64,000 nt of DNA. Source: an uncultured Dehalococcoidia bacterium (GTDB taxonomy: Bacteria > Chloroflexota > Dehalococcoidia > Lucifugimonadales > UBA3495). The notes under the pieces were generated by a model. It saw nothing but the letters and a program-made list of their open reading frames with translations, was not told where the DNA came from and made no database searches. The position numbers were made by a program, and so were the translations under genes. Shown here piece by piece: positions 34,745 through 45,368 of this stretch. The DNA lies in the NCBI GenBank assembly GCA_964502995.1, contig CAZCZB010000006.1, positions 16,057 to 80,056 on the forward strand, given 5' to 3'. Position 1 is the first letter of the stretch; each line of letters opens with the position of its first letter.

Positions 34745-34773
34745 TTGCCCTTGCCCGGCGGCAGGTGTATATT
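34745..34773 (+). promoter_or_regulatory. Putative promoter TTGCCC-17-TATATT
   Basis: TTGCCC at 34745..34750 and TATATT at 34768..34773. A leader of about 145 nt precedes the ABC exporter genes. Confidence 0.45.
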
Positions 34774-34923
34774 GATGTGCCTATGGCACCCTCTTTTTGT
34801 GTAGTGCCTCGGGTCGTAGCCCATTGGCACACCGCCGCCGAATGTCGTAGGTTTGCACACGGTTTGATTCCCGGTTTCGAGCACAGCGGCGCGGCTGCGT
34901 GCCAGCGGGGGTTCAGCGCTTAG

Positions 34924-36738
34924 ATGAGCATCCTGTGGCGCATAATCAGGATGGCCGCTCGCTACCCGATGCGGCTGAGTCTGGCGTACATTTCGGCGCT
35001 GGTCGCCATCGGGTTCTCCCTCGCTCTGCCGTGGTTGTTTGGCAATGCGATCGACCTGATGGTCGGCCGCGACCCGGAAACCGGCGGATTCATTCTCATC
35101 GACTTCTCACTGGCCGCGCTGGTGGTCTTCGGGGTTGGTATCCTGGGGGTGAGCCTGGGGCGTGGCTTCTGCGACTTTGCGCGAACCTACACCACCGAAT
35201 CGCTGTCGCAGAAGGTGTCGTTCGATTGCCGCAACCTGCTTTACGACAAGTTGCAGAACGTCAGCTTCGCGTTCCACGATAAGGAGCATACGGGCGACCT
35301 GATGTCGCGGGCCACCGCCGACGTGGAAGCGATGCGCCGGTTCGTGAACCTGGGAATGATCCGCTCTCTGGACGTTGTGGTCCGGATATTCGCCATCCCG
35401 TTCATCCTGTTCTTCCTGAATTGGGAACTGGCGCTGATCAGCATGATTTTCGTGCCGGCCATCGTGCTGCGTTCCACGTTCGTGATGCGCGCCCTGCGAC
35501 GCAAGTGGCTGCACGTGCAGGTGGTGATGGGCGAGTCGGTGACCGTGCTGCAGGAAAACCTGGCCGGTATGCACGTGGTGAAAGCCTTCGCCTCGGAGGA
35601 CTTTGAGCGCAGGAAGTACAACCGCAAGGCCGAAGAGCTGCGCGTGGAGTATTACGACGCCGAGCGGATGCAGGGGACCAACAGCGCGTGGATGACGCTG
35701 TACTTCACCTTCGCGCTGGGCGTGGTGCTGTGGTACGGCGGTTGGCAGGTCGTTGACGGCAACCTGACGCCCGGTGAGTTGGCCAAGTTCTTCCTGTACC
35801 TCAACCAGTTGACCTTCCCGATTCGCGCGTCGGCGCAGATCATCAACACGTTCTCCCGCGCCATGTCCTCGGGTCAGCGCCTTTTCAACGTGCTGGACAC
35901 CCGGTCTCCCGTTTCCGAACGCGACAACGCTCGTGACATGGGCCGGCCCGACGGCCACGTGCAGTTCGACCACGTCGGGTTCTCCTACGAGGACCGCTCT
36001 CCGGCGCTGCTTGACGTTGAAATTGACGCAAAGCCCGGCCAGGTTACCGCGATCCTCGGCGCGCCGGGCAGCGGCAAGACCACCGTGGTGAACCTGCTGC
36101 CCCGGTTCTACGACGTAACCGATGGCAAGATCACCATTGACGGCGACGATATACGCGATTTCACCCTGCAGTCCCTGCGGCACAACGTGGGCATCGTTCA
36201 CCAGGACGTGTACCTGTTCAGCGCGAGCATCCGCGACAACATCGCCTACGGCGTGAGCAACGCCACCCATGAGGACGTGGAACGCGCGGCCAAGGTGGCC
36301 CAACTGCACGAGCAAATAATGGCCCTGCCCAACGGATACGACACCTGGGTTGGCGAGCGCGGCACGACACTCTCGGGCGGCCAGCGGCAGAGGCTGTCCA
36401 TCGCGCGCACGATTCTGATTGACCCGCCGGTGCTGATCCTGGACGACTCGACGTCGAGCGTTGACGTGGAAACCGAGCGCCAGATTCACCGGGCGATGGT
36501 TGAGGTGATGAAGGGTCGCACCACGTTTGTGATCGCGCACCGTCTCAGCACGGTTCGCGAGGCTGACCAGATTCTGGTATTGGACAAGGGGAACGTCGTG
36601 GAGCGCGGCAATCACGAGGAACTGATCCGCTCGGGCGGCATCTACCAGAGCATCTACGAATTGCAGTTGCGTCCGCAGGAGGAAGTCCTGCTGGAGGCTG
36701 CGGTGCCGGCCATGGCCGACGGGAGGGCCGCGCTATGA
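34924..36738 (+). CDS. ABC exporter, fused permease/ATPase subunit (MdlA/MsbA-like)
   Basis: Track ORF of 604 aa: six-TM N-terminal domain, Walker A GAPGSGKTT, signature LSGGQRQR, and Walker B ILILDD. Confidence 0.92.
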   Translation: MSILWRIIRMAARYPMRLSLAYISALVAIGFSLALPWLFGNAIDLMVGRDPETGGFILIDFSLAALVVFGVGILGVSLGRGFCDFARTYTTESLSQKVSFDCRNLLYDKLQNVSFAFHDKEHTGDLMSRATADVEAMRRFVNLGMIRSLDVVVRIFAIPFILFFLNWELALISMIFVPAIVLRSTFVMRALRRKWLHVQVVMGESVTVLQENLAGMHVVKAFASEDFERRKYNRKAEELRVEYYDAERMQGTNSAWMTLYFTFALGVVLWYGGWQVVDGNLTPGELAKFFLYLNQLTFPIRASAQIINTFSRAMSSGQRLFNVLDTRSPVSERDNARDMGRPDGHVQFDHVGFSYEDRSPALLDVEIDAKPGQVTAILGAPGSGKTTVVNLLPRFYDVTDGKITIDGDDIRDFTLQSLRHNVGIVHQDVYLFSASIRDNIAYGVSNATHEDVERAAKVAQLHEQIMALPNGYDTWVGERGTTLSGGQRQRLSIARTILIDPPVLILDDSTSSVDVETERQIHRAMVEVMKGRTTFVIAHRLSTVREADQILVLDKGNVVERGNHEELIRSGGIYQSIYELQLRPQEEVLLEAAVPAMADGRAAL

Positions 36739-38663
36739 TGCGAGGAGGCGGCGGGATCGGCGGCGGCATGATGCGGGGGATGCGCGGCACCTCTGCGGAC
36801 AGCATGTTCGCGCCGTCCAACGATAACCTAACCGACGAGGATGTGGTCGGCCGCGTTTATGACAACAAGGTCGTGATGCGGTTCATGACCTTCATCAAGC
36901 CCTACAAGAAATACGCGCTGATTGCGTTGATATCGCTGTTGGTGTATGCCGCGGTCAACGCCACCATACCGCTGTTGATCAAGTACGGCATCGACTGGGC
37001 CATTGCCGAGGGCAGCGTGAACCGCGTCCACATCATCGGCGCGGCTTTCATGGTCATCACGGTCGTTCACTTCATCTCCAACCGGCTGCAGTTCATCTTC
37101 ATATCGCGCACGGGACAGCACGTGCTGTATGACCTGCGTTCCGGGATGTTCAGCCACCTGCAGAACCAGTCCAACTCGTTCTACCACCGCACGCCCATCG
37201 GGCGGATCATGTCGCGGATGCAGTCGGACGTGCTCCAGTTGCAGGAGACCTTTGAGTTGCTGGCCCTGGCCCTGGCCGAGCTGGTGACGGTGGTCGCCAT
37301 CATCGTGCTGATGCTCATTGTGAGCTGGCAATTGGCGCTGGTGTGCATGTTCGTGGTGCCGGTGCTGACGTTCATCATGATGTTCTGGCAGCGGTTCGCT
37401 CGCCACTCGTTCATGCGGATTCGCCGGGCCATCGCCATGGTCAACGGCGAATACAACCAGAACATCACCGGGGTTCGCGTCGTCCAGAGCCTGAACCGGC
37501 AGGACGAGAACATGGCGCACTTCCGCACGCTGAACCAGGAGTACCTGGACGCCAACCTGGAGGCGGCACGCTATTCGGGAATGCTGCAGCCGATGGTCGA
37601 ATTGCTGATCGGCCTGGGCATTGGTCTGGGCGTGGTGCTGTTCGGAGGCTGGCTGCTGAAACTGGACGCCCTGGAGATCGGCACGCTGGTGGCGTTCGCC
37701 TTCTGGATCCAGCGGTTCTTCGAGCCCATTCGCCAGCTGACCATGCAGTACAGCCAGTTGCAGCGCGCGATGGCTGCCGGCGTCCGCATCTTTGAGGTGC
37801 TGGACCTTGATCCCGACATCATGGACAAGCCCGACGCCGAGACCCTGCCCGAGGTGAAAGGCGAGATTCGCTACGATGGCGTCAACTTCCATTACGTTGA
37901 GGGTGTTGAGGTGCTGCAGAACGTCAACGTTCACATCAAGGCGGGCGAGAACGTCGCGCTGGTCGGTTCCACGGGAGCGGGCAAGAGCACGTTCGTGAAC
38001 CTGCTGCACCGGTCGGCCGATGTAACCGCCGGTTCGATTTCGGTGGACGGTTATGACATTCGGGACGTGAAGCGCGAGTCCCTGGTCCACCAGATGAGCA
38101 TGGTGCTGCAGGAGCCATATCTGTTCTCCGGAACCGTGCGCGAGAACATCGCGTACCAGAACGAAGGTCTGACCGATGAGCAGGTGGTCGAAGCCGCCCA
38201 GGCGGTGGGCGCGCACGACTTCATCATGGAGATGGACAACGGCTACGATTCGATCCTGGCCGAGCGCGGAGTCAACCTGAGCATCGGGCAGCGCCAGCTC
38301 ATCAGCTTTGCGCGGGCCATTGCCGGCGACCCCCGGATCCTGGTGCTGGACGAGGCCACGGCCAACATCGACACGCACACCGAGTTGCTGATTCAGCAGG
38401 CTTTGAGCCGCATCCTGAAGGGCCGAACTTCCATCGTGATCGCGCACCGTCTGTCCACCATCCGCAACGCGGACAAGATCGTGGTGCTGAACCGAGGGCG
38501 GGTCGCCGAGATCGGCAACCACGACCAACTGCTGGAAGCGGGCGGAGTGTATGCCCAGCTTTACGCCATCAACTACGGGTTGTCCGGCCCCAGCGTGGAC
38601 GTCGCGCCCGTGGGCGGCGAGGTTATCGGCGCGGACGGTCTTTCGCCAGCAGCGGCCGACTAG
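36735..38663 (+). CDS. ABC exporter, fused permease/ATPase subunit (MdlB-like partner)
   Basis: Track ORF of 642 aa with ATGA overlap onto the upstream gene. It has Walker A GSTGAGKST, a degenerate signature LSIGQRQL, and Walker B ILVLDEAT. This suggests a heterodimer with one degenerate site. Confidence 0.92.
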   Translation: MMRGGGGIGGGMMRGMRGTSADSMFAPSNDNLTDEDVVGRVYDNKVVMRFMTFIKPYKKYALIALISLLVYAAVNATIPLLIKYGIDWAIAEGSVNRVHIIGAAFMVITVVHFISNRLQFIFISRTGQHVLYDLRSGMFSHLQNQSNSFYHRTPIGRIMSRMQSDVLQLQETFELLALALAELVTVVAIIVLMLIVSWQLALVCMFVVPVLTFIMMFWQRFARHSFMRIRRAIAMVNGEYNQNITGVRVVQSLNRQDENMAHFRTLNQEYLDANLEAARYSGMLQPMVELLIGLGIGLGVVLFGGWLLKLDALEIGTLVAFAFWIQRFFEPIRQLTMQYSQLQRAMAAGVRIFEVLDLDPDIMDKPDAETLPEVKGEIRYDGVNFHYVEGVEVLQNVNVHIKAGENVALVGSTGAGKSTFVNLLHRSADVTAGSISVDGYDIRDVKRESLVHQMSMVLQEPYLFSGTVRENIAYQNEGLTDEQVVEAAQAVGAHDFIMEMDNGYDSILAERGVNLSIGQRQLISFARAIAGDPRILVLDEATANIDTHTELLIQQALSRILKGRTSIVIAHRLSTIRNADKIVVLNRGRVAEIGNHDQLLEAGGVYAQLYAINYGLSGPSVDVAPVGGEVIGADGLSPAAAD

Positions 38664-39547
38664 GCAGTTTCCTGTAGGAACGAACGGATCACGGCGGCCA
38701 GTTCCTGGGGCTTGTCGTAGCCAATGTCGTGGATGGTGTCCGGGATCCAGTGGGCGCGCCCGTTGGGCAGGGCACGCTCGGCGGCGGCAACCATGACCTC
38801 ACGCTGACGGGAAAACGATGAATTCGCACGCTCGGGACGCGGGCCGGCGGCCACCACCAGGGTGGGAACGGTGATCCTGGGCAGCACGACCGACGGGGGT
38901 TCGCCCCACATGGTTTCCAACACCTGGGCGTGATTTTCCGGGCGCAGGATGTCGCGCATCTGGCCGTCGGTTCCCTCGTACACCATGGTGAGGGCGATTT
39001 CGGCCAGGTCGTCGCCCCAGCAGAAGGACAGGTTCGCGGCCAGTTGGTCCAGGTATTGCGCGCGCGTGCCGGCGACCAGACGAGGGGCCAGGCGCTGCCG
39101 GAACGCCTCCCAGGTCGGATCCGGGAGGAGCCGGCCATCCTGGAACCCGCCGTCGATCATCACCAGGCGGCTGACCCGGTCGGGGAAACGCATGGCAAGA
39201 TTGCTTGATACGTGCCCGCCCCAGGAATGGCCCAACACGGCGGCTTGTTCCATGCCGAAGTGGTCCAGCACCCTCACGGCATCCTCCGCGAGGGTCTGCC
39301 AGTCGTAACCTGATGGCGCCTGCGTGGTGGCGCCATGCCCGCGCTGGTCGGGAGCGACAATACGGTATTCCTGCCTCAGAAACGGGGCCAGACGGCGGTA
39401 CCAGTGTCCCGAGGAGGCCAGGCCGTGCAATGCCAGCAACGGTTGACCATCGCCTCCCCAGTCAAGGCAGTGAACGTCGAGTTCGCCGAGGGGGATTGTG
39501 CCGGCAAACTGCGGGCCGGTGGGGGGTTCCGAGTTTGTGTTAGCCAT
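38660..39547 (-). CDS. Alpha/beta-fold hydrolase
   Basis: Track ORF of 295 aa containing LLALHGLASSGHWY and the nucleophile elbow GHSWGG. Its stop overlaps the stop of the convergent ABC gene. Confidence 0.85.
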   Translation of the reverse strand: MANTNSEPPTGPQFAGTIPLGELDVHCLDWGGDGQPLLALHGLASSGHWYRRLAPFLRQEYRIVAPDQRGHGATTQAPSGYDWQTLAEDAVRVLDHFGMEQAAVLGHSWGGHVSSNLAMRFPDRVSRLVMIDGGFQDGRLLPDPTWEAFRQRLAPRLVAGTRAQYLDQLAANLSFCWGDDLAEIALTMVYEGTDGQMRDILRPENHAQVLETMWGEPPSVVLPRITVPTLVVAAGPRPERANSSFSRQREVMVAAAERALPNGRAHWIPDTIHDIGYDKPQELAAVIRSFLQETA

Positions 39548-39882
39548 AGACGCACCAGATGCCTCGATTGGGTGGATCCCGTGCGATTATACTCCGGGAA
39601 ACAGGCGCTCCGGAGATGGCGCGTGGCAATTGCGGATGGTGCCAACCAGGGAGACCGGCGGTTGGGGCCGGCGTATTTGACCGGGATAGACCGGTTGAGC
39701 GGGATGGACAGGAGATTCGGGTTGGTGATTTTCGGGTGATCAGACGGCATACGGGACTTTAGCGGGACGCGATGTATCCGGAACGTTTTCCCCGGCTATA
39801 CAATGCAGCAACCGGCGCTGGGTGTTTTGATTGCGTCATTGCCCGGCTGGGCGTGGGGGATTCCGGGAGTTGCCGGGCTGTG

Positions 39883-39898
39883 TGCTAGAATGACGGCA
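39883..39898 (+). promoter_or_regulatory. Extended -10 TGCTAGAAT (motif TAGAATGACGGCA) upstream of pgi
   Basis: The 13-mer TAGAATGACGGCA (39886..39898) is identical to the one upstream of clpC (55968..55980). Confidence 0.45.
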
Positions 39899-39930
39899 TA
39901 CAGCAACGCACCGATGGTCAGGAGGTTGCG

Positions 39931-41571
39931 ATGACGACCGACCGTTTCCATCTCGGCGATTATGAGGATTTGGTGGCCAATTCGGCCGCCACACTGGACG
40001 CCGCCAACGCGCGAGCCCGGTTGAAAGCCCACGACCACACGCTGTGGAGCGACGACCCCACGGAAATCGCCAACCGCCTGGCGTGGCTGACGCTGCCCAC
40101 GGATATGCGAAGCCTGGTTGGCGAACTGCGTGATTTCGCTGACTCCGTGGTGTCAGAGGGCTATCGCGACCTGGTTTTGCTGGGCATGGGCGGCAGCAGT
40201 CTGGGGCCGGAGGTTATCCGTCAGGTGATCGGCGAGTCCCAGAACGCCGGCTTGGGCATGTTCACGCTGGACAGCACGGTTCCCGCCTGGGTGGCGGCCA
40301 CTACGGCGGCGGTTGACCCGGCGCGAACCGTATTCGCCATATCGTCCAAATCGGGAACCACCACGGAACCGTTGGCGTTCTACGCTCATTTCCGCCGCCT
40401 GGTGGAGTCCAGCATCGGGTCGGAACGCGCCGGCCGCAACTTCATTGCGGTCACGGACCCGGATACACCGTTGGCTCGGATGGCCGGAACCGCCGGGTTC
40501 CGTCATGCCTTCATCAATGATCCGGACATCGGCGGCCGTTACTCGGTGCTGTCGCACTTCGGGCTGGTGCCCGCCGCGCTGACCGGGGTTGATCTCGACC
40601 GACTGCTGGCGTCTGCCGCCGACATGGAGGCGCAGTGCCTCAGAGCGGGTAGTACCGCCGCCGATCCCGGAGCGTGGCTGGGCACTGTGATCGGCGCGCT
40701 GGCGAACCACGGGCGGGACAAGCTCACGCTGGTTGCCGCGCCGAACATCGCCGGGTTCGGGCTGTGGGTGGAGCAACTGCTGGCGGAAAGCACCGGCAAG
40801 AACGGGACGGGCATCGTGCCGGTTGCATCCGAGCCGCTGGCAGAGCCGGGGCGCTACGGGGACGACCGGGTTTTCGTGCAGTTGCGTCTGGCGGACGACA
40901 ACAGCCCGGAGGCTCGCAAGGCCGACAGTGTCCTGGACCAACTGGAGGTTGCAGGGCATCCCGTGATCCGGCTGCAAATGGCCGACCCCTACGATCTGGG
41001 CTCCGAGTTCTACCGATGGGAGTACGCAACCGCCATCGCCGGGCACGTTCTGGGCATCCATCCCTTTGATCAGCCGGACGTGCAGGGGGCGAAGGATCGC
41101 ACCGTTGCGGTACTCGACCGGTACGAGTCCGAGGGCCGGCTGCCCGATCGTCGGTACGACGATGCTGAAGCTCTGAGGCGCCTGTTGGCGGAGTGCAAGG
41201 CGGGTGACTACCTGGCCGTCATGGCATACCTTCCGGACGCAGCGGGAATCCCGGAATCGATTCACCGGTTGCGGAGCAGGGTGATTCACAAACACGGGAT
41301 TGCCACCACCGCCGGGTACGGGCCGCGATTCCTGCACTCGACGGGCCAGTTGCACAAGGGCGGGCCCGATTCGGGGATATTCCTGCAACTTACGCAACCG
41401 CACACCGACGACGTCGCCATTCCGGATTGGCCGTACAGTTTCGGCACGCTGGCCGACGCGCAGGCGCTGGGCGATTTGCAGGCGCTGCGGGAATTGGGAC
41501 GGCGCTGCGTGTCAATCCGGCTGGATGGCGACCCTGCCGGGGGCATCGACCTGCTGGCAGAAACCCTATGA
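39931..41571 (+). CDS. pgi: Glucose-6-phosphate isomerase
   Basis: Track ORF of 546 aa after AGGAGG, containing LGMGGSSLGPEV, ISSKSGTTTEP and DIGGRYSVLSHFGLVPAAL (SIS domains). Confidence 0.88.
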   Translation: MTTDRFHLGDYEDLVANSAATLDAANARARLKAHDHTLWSDDPTEIANRLAWLTLPTDMRSLVGELRDFADSVVSEGYRDLVLLGMGGSSLGPEVIRQVIGESQNAGLGMFTLDSTVPAWVAATTAAVDPARTVFAISSKSGTTTEPLAFYAHFRRLVESSIGSERAGRNFIAVTDPDTPLARMAGTAGFRHAFINDPDIGGRYSVLSHFGLVPAALTGVDLDRLLASAADMEAQCLRAGSTAADPGAWLGTVIGALANHGRDKLTLVAAPNIAGFGLWVEQLLAESTGKNGTGIVPVASEPLAEPGRYGDDRVFVQLRLADDNSPEARKADSVLDQLEVAGHPVIRLQMADPYDLGSEFYRWEYATAIAGHVLGIHPFDQPDVQGAKDRTVAVLDRYESEGRLPDRRYDDAEALRRLLAECKAGDYLAVMAYLPDAAGIPESIHRLRSRVIHKHGIATTAGYGPRFLHSTGQLHKGGPDSGIFLQLTQPHTDDVAIPDWPYSFGTLADAQALGDLQALRELGRRCVSIRLDGDPAGGIDLLAETL

Positions 41572-41764
41572 GGCGCGGCAACGCATCCCCAAACCACTCG
41601 TAGCTCCGATGCAAGCAATGGATCAGAACCCAAATCCAGGGGGGCTGACGGATTTTTGCGGCGGGTTTGACGGTACTGCGGGCCGGGAACGGCAGCGTCT
41701 TGAAACTGACGGCATATAGCGATTGGTGGCTTATCGCTACGGTTCTTGAAACTGGAGGAACATT

Positions 41765-42690
41765 TTGGAACTCGGAATGATTGGGCTGGGCCGCATGGGC
41801 GCTAACATGACGCAGCGTCTGCTGGGCGGCGGACATACCGTGGTGGTGTACGACCAGAACGCGGAGGCAGTGGAGTCCAGCGCATCCGGAGGAGCAACGT
41901 CCGCCGGGTCGGTTGCGGACGTTGTGAGCCGTCTCGCCGCGCCGAGGGCGGTGTGGGTGATGCTGCCGGCCGGGGCCGTGACCGATACCGTCATCGAGGA
42001 ACTGGCCGGGCTGCTGGACGGCGGCGATGCCATCATCGACGGGGGCAACGCCAACTACAAGGACACGCTGCGCCGGGGCGAGACGCTGGCGGAGCGCGGC
42101 ATCCACCTGCTGGATGCCGGCACCAGCGGCGGCGTTTGGGGTCTGGTCGAAGGATACTCGCTGATGGTTGGCGGTGATGCCGATGTGTTCGCTCGCCTGG
42201 AACCCATCTTTCAGACTCTGGCGCCCGGTGAGGACAAGGGATACAGCCGCGTGGGTCCCACGGGCGCCGGCCATTTCACGAAGATGGTGCATAACGGCGT
42301 GGAGTACGCGCTGATGCAGGCGTACGCCGAGGGGTTCGAATTGCTGGAGGCCAAGCAGGCGGATTTCGACCTGGACCTGATGGCCATCGCCAAGACGTGG
42401 CAGCACGGCAGCGTGGTGCGCTCGTGGCTGCTGGATCTGGCGGTGCTGGCGTTGGAGGCCGACCCGGGACTGGAGAGCCTGTCCGCCTACGTGGACGACT
42501 CCGGGGAGGGTCGCTGGACGGTGAACGAGTCGGTGGAGATGGCGGTCCCGACGCCGGCCATCACGGCGGCGCTGTACCAGCGCTTCCGCTCGCGGCAGGA
42601 GGAACCCTTCGGAGGGCGGATGCTGGCGGCGCTGCGCAACCAGTTCGGCGGCCACGCGGTTCGTGAATCGGGCCGGGAGGCCAACTCCCA

Positions 42691-42694
<4 letters not shown>
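41765..42694 (+). CDS. gnd: 6-phosphogluconate dehydrogenase, decarboxylating (short Gnd/YqeC-like form)
   Basis: Track ORF of 309 aa with a TTG start 6 nt after GGAGG. It begins MELGMIGLGRMGANMTQRL, then GGNANYKD and HFTKMVHNGVEYALMQAYAEG. Confidence 0.9.
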
Positions 42695-44193
<1,499 letters not shown>

Positions 44194-44267
44194 CCGACGG
44201 AGGTTGACGGGCGAATTGCAGGGTTGGGGCAGATGATTGTCTGCTCCTGCGTGTCCGTTTTCCAAGA

Positions 44268-44296
44268 GTAGGGGCGGGTCTGAGACTCGCCCCTAT
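44268..44296. repeat. REP-type palindrome, TCTGAGA-core subfamily (2 mismatches)
   Basis: GTAGGGGCGGGTCTGAGACTCGCCCCTAT, in the convergent gap between zwf and the CMD gene. Confidence 0.75.
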
Positions 44297-44331
44297 GGGA
44301 TTTGGGCCATTTGGATGGGGATGATTGCGGG

Positions 44332-45114
44332 TTAGGCGTTGGCGAAAATCTCGTTGGCGACGTCCATTGCGCCGCGGGCGAAGGGGATGCCGGCGTACAG
44401 GGTCATGTGTCCGAAGACCTCGATGATCTGGTCCTGAGTGAAACCGATGTTGAGGGCGCCCCGGATATGGCTGCGCAACGGCCCTTCGCGTCCCAGCGCG
44501 GCGAGGCACGTCATGGTGCAGATGCAGCGGCTGGGCAGGTCGAGGCCGGGACGGGTCCACGTAGCCCCCCAGTAGTATTCGCCGGTCACGCGGCCCAGTT
44601 CCGCCTCGGCCTGCGTGGGAGGAGCGGAACGGCTGCCGCCGCCGCCCATGTAGTTGCGACGGTACTCGTCGCCCCTCTGGAACAGGCTGTCGGAGTCCTC
44701 GTTGGTGTCGTGGACGCGGGCGGGCGTGAAATCTATGCCGCGCTCGTCGAACACGTCCTTGCAGATGGTGAGGGCCTGGATTCCGCCGGGCGCGCCGGCA
44801 TACCAGGTGTCGTGGATGATCAACTCGACGATCTGCTCGGGCGTGAGGCCAATGTTGAGGGCGTTGCCAAGATGACGGCGCAGTTGCACCTCCCGGTTAA
44901 GCACGATCAGGGATGACAGGGTGATCATCTCGCGCTGCACCGGGGTCAGGGCCGGTCGTCGCCAGATTATGCCGAACAGTCCCTCGCCGAGGATGCGTTC
45001 AAGGTCGGGCGCGATGTCCCACGCGCCAGGCGAGGAACCGCCGGTGATCTGTCCGCCGCCGAACATTCGGCGCGTCTCCTGTCCCAGTTCGTAGCGGTCG
45101 TCCAATTCGCTCAT
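44332..45114 (-). CDS. Carboxymuconolactone decarboxylase (CMD/AhpD-like) family protein, two tandem domains
   Basis: The track ORF 44332..45237 is trimmed to the ATG at 45114, which has GGAGG upstream. It contains two copies of a ...L(S/T)..E..(I/C)....L.......L..H...AL..G.T..QI.E...H...YAG.P pattern. Confidence 0.8.
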   Translation of the reverse strand: MSELDDRYELGQETRRMFGGGQITGGSSPGAWDIAPDLERILGEGLFGIIWRRPALTPVQREMITLSSLIVLNREVQLRRHLGNALNIGLTPEQIVELIIHDTWYAGAPGGIQALTICKDVFDERGIDFTPARVHDTNEDSDSLFQRGDEYRRNYMGGGGSRSAPPTQAEAELGRVTGEYYWGATWTRPGLDLPSRCICTMTCLAALGREGPLRSHIRGALNIGFTQDQIIEVFGHMTLYAGIPFARGAMDVANEIFANA

Positions 45115-45368
45115 GGTTTGCCTCCGATATACGATTGCCGGCAGTGTACGAGCGCAGTTCCGGCAACGCAACCGGCGGAGCCAGCGGACGGGTATCGCCG
45201 GGATGGCGAATGTCCTTGTGACATCGGGGATGACCAATCGGGACGTGGGTGCGCCGCGGACGGAGCAACCACAGAAGTTCTCCCCACACCAGGACGTCCG
45301 GTTTTATGGAGGTCGCAGTGTGGGCTTGAGACGGTCGCCGCAGGTCTGTGCAGGAGCTTTGCTGTGCT

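Noticed and set aside
35107-38528. Minus-strand ORFs 35107..36615 (502 aa) and 36828..38528 (566 aa)
   Set aside because: They are antisense shadows of the two ABC exporter genes, which carry unambiguous Walker A, signature and Walker B motifs on the plus strand.
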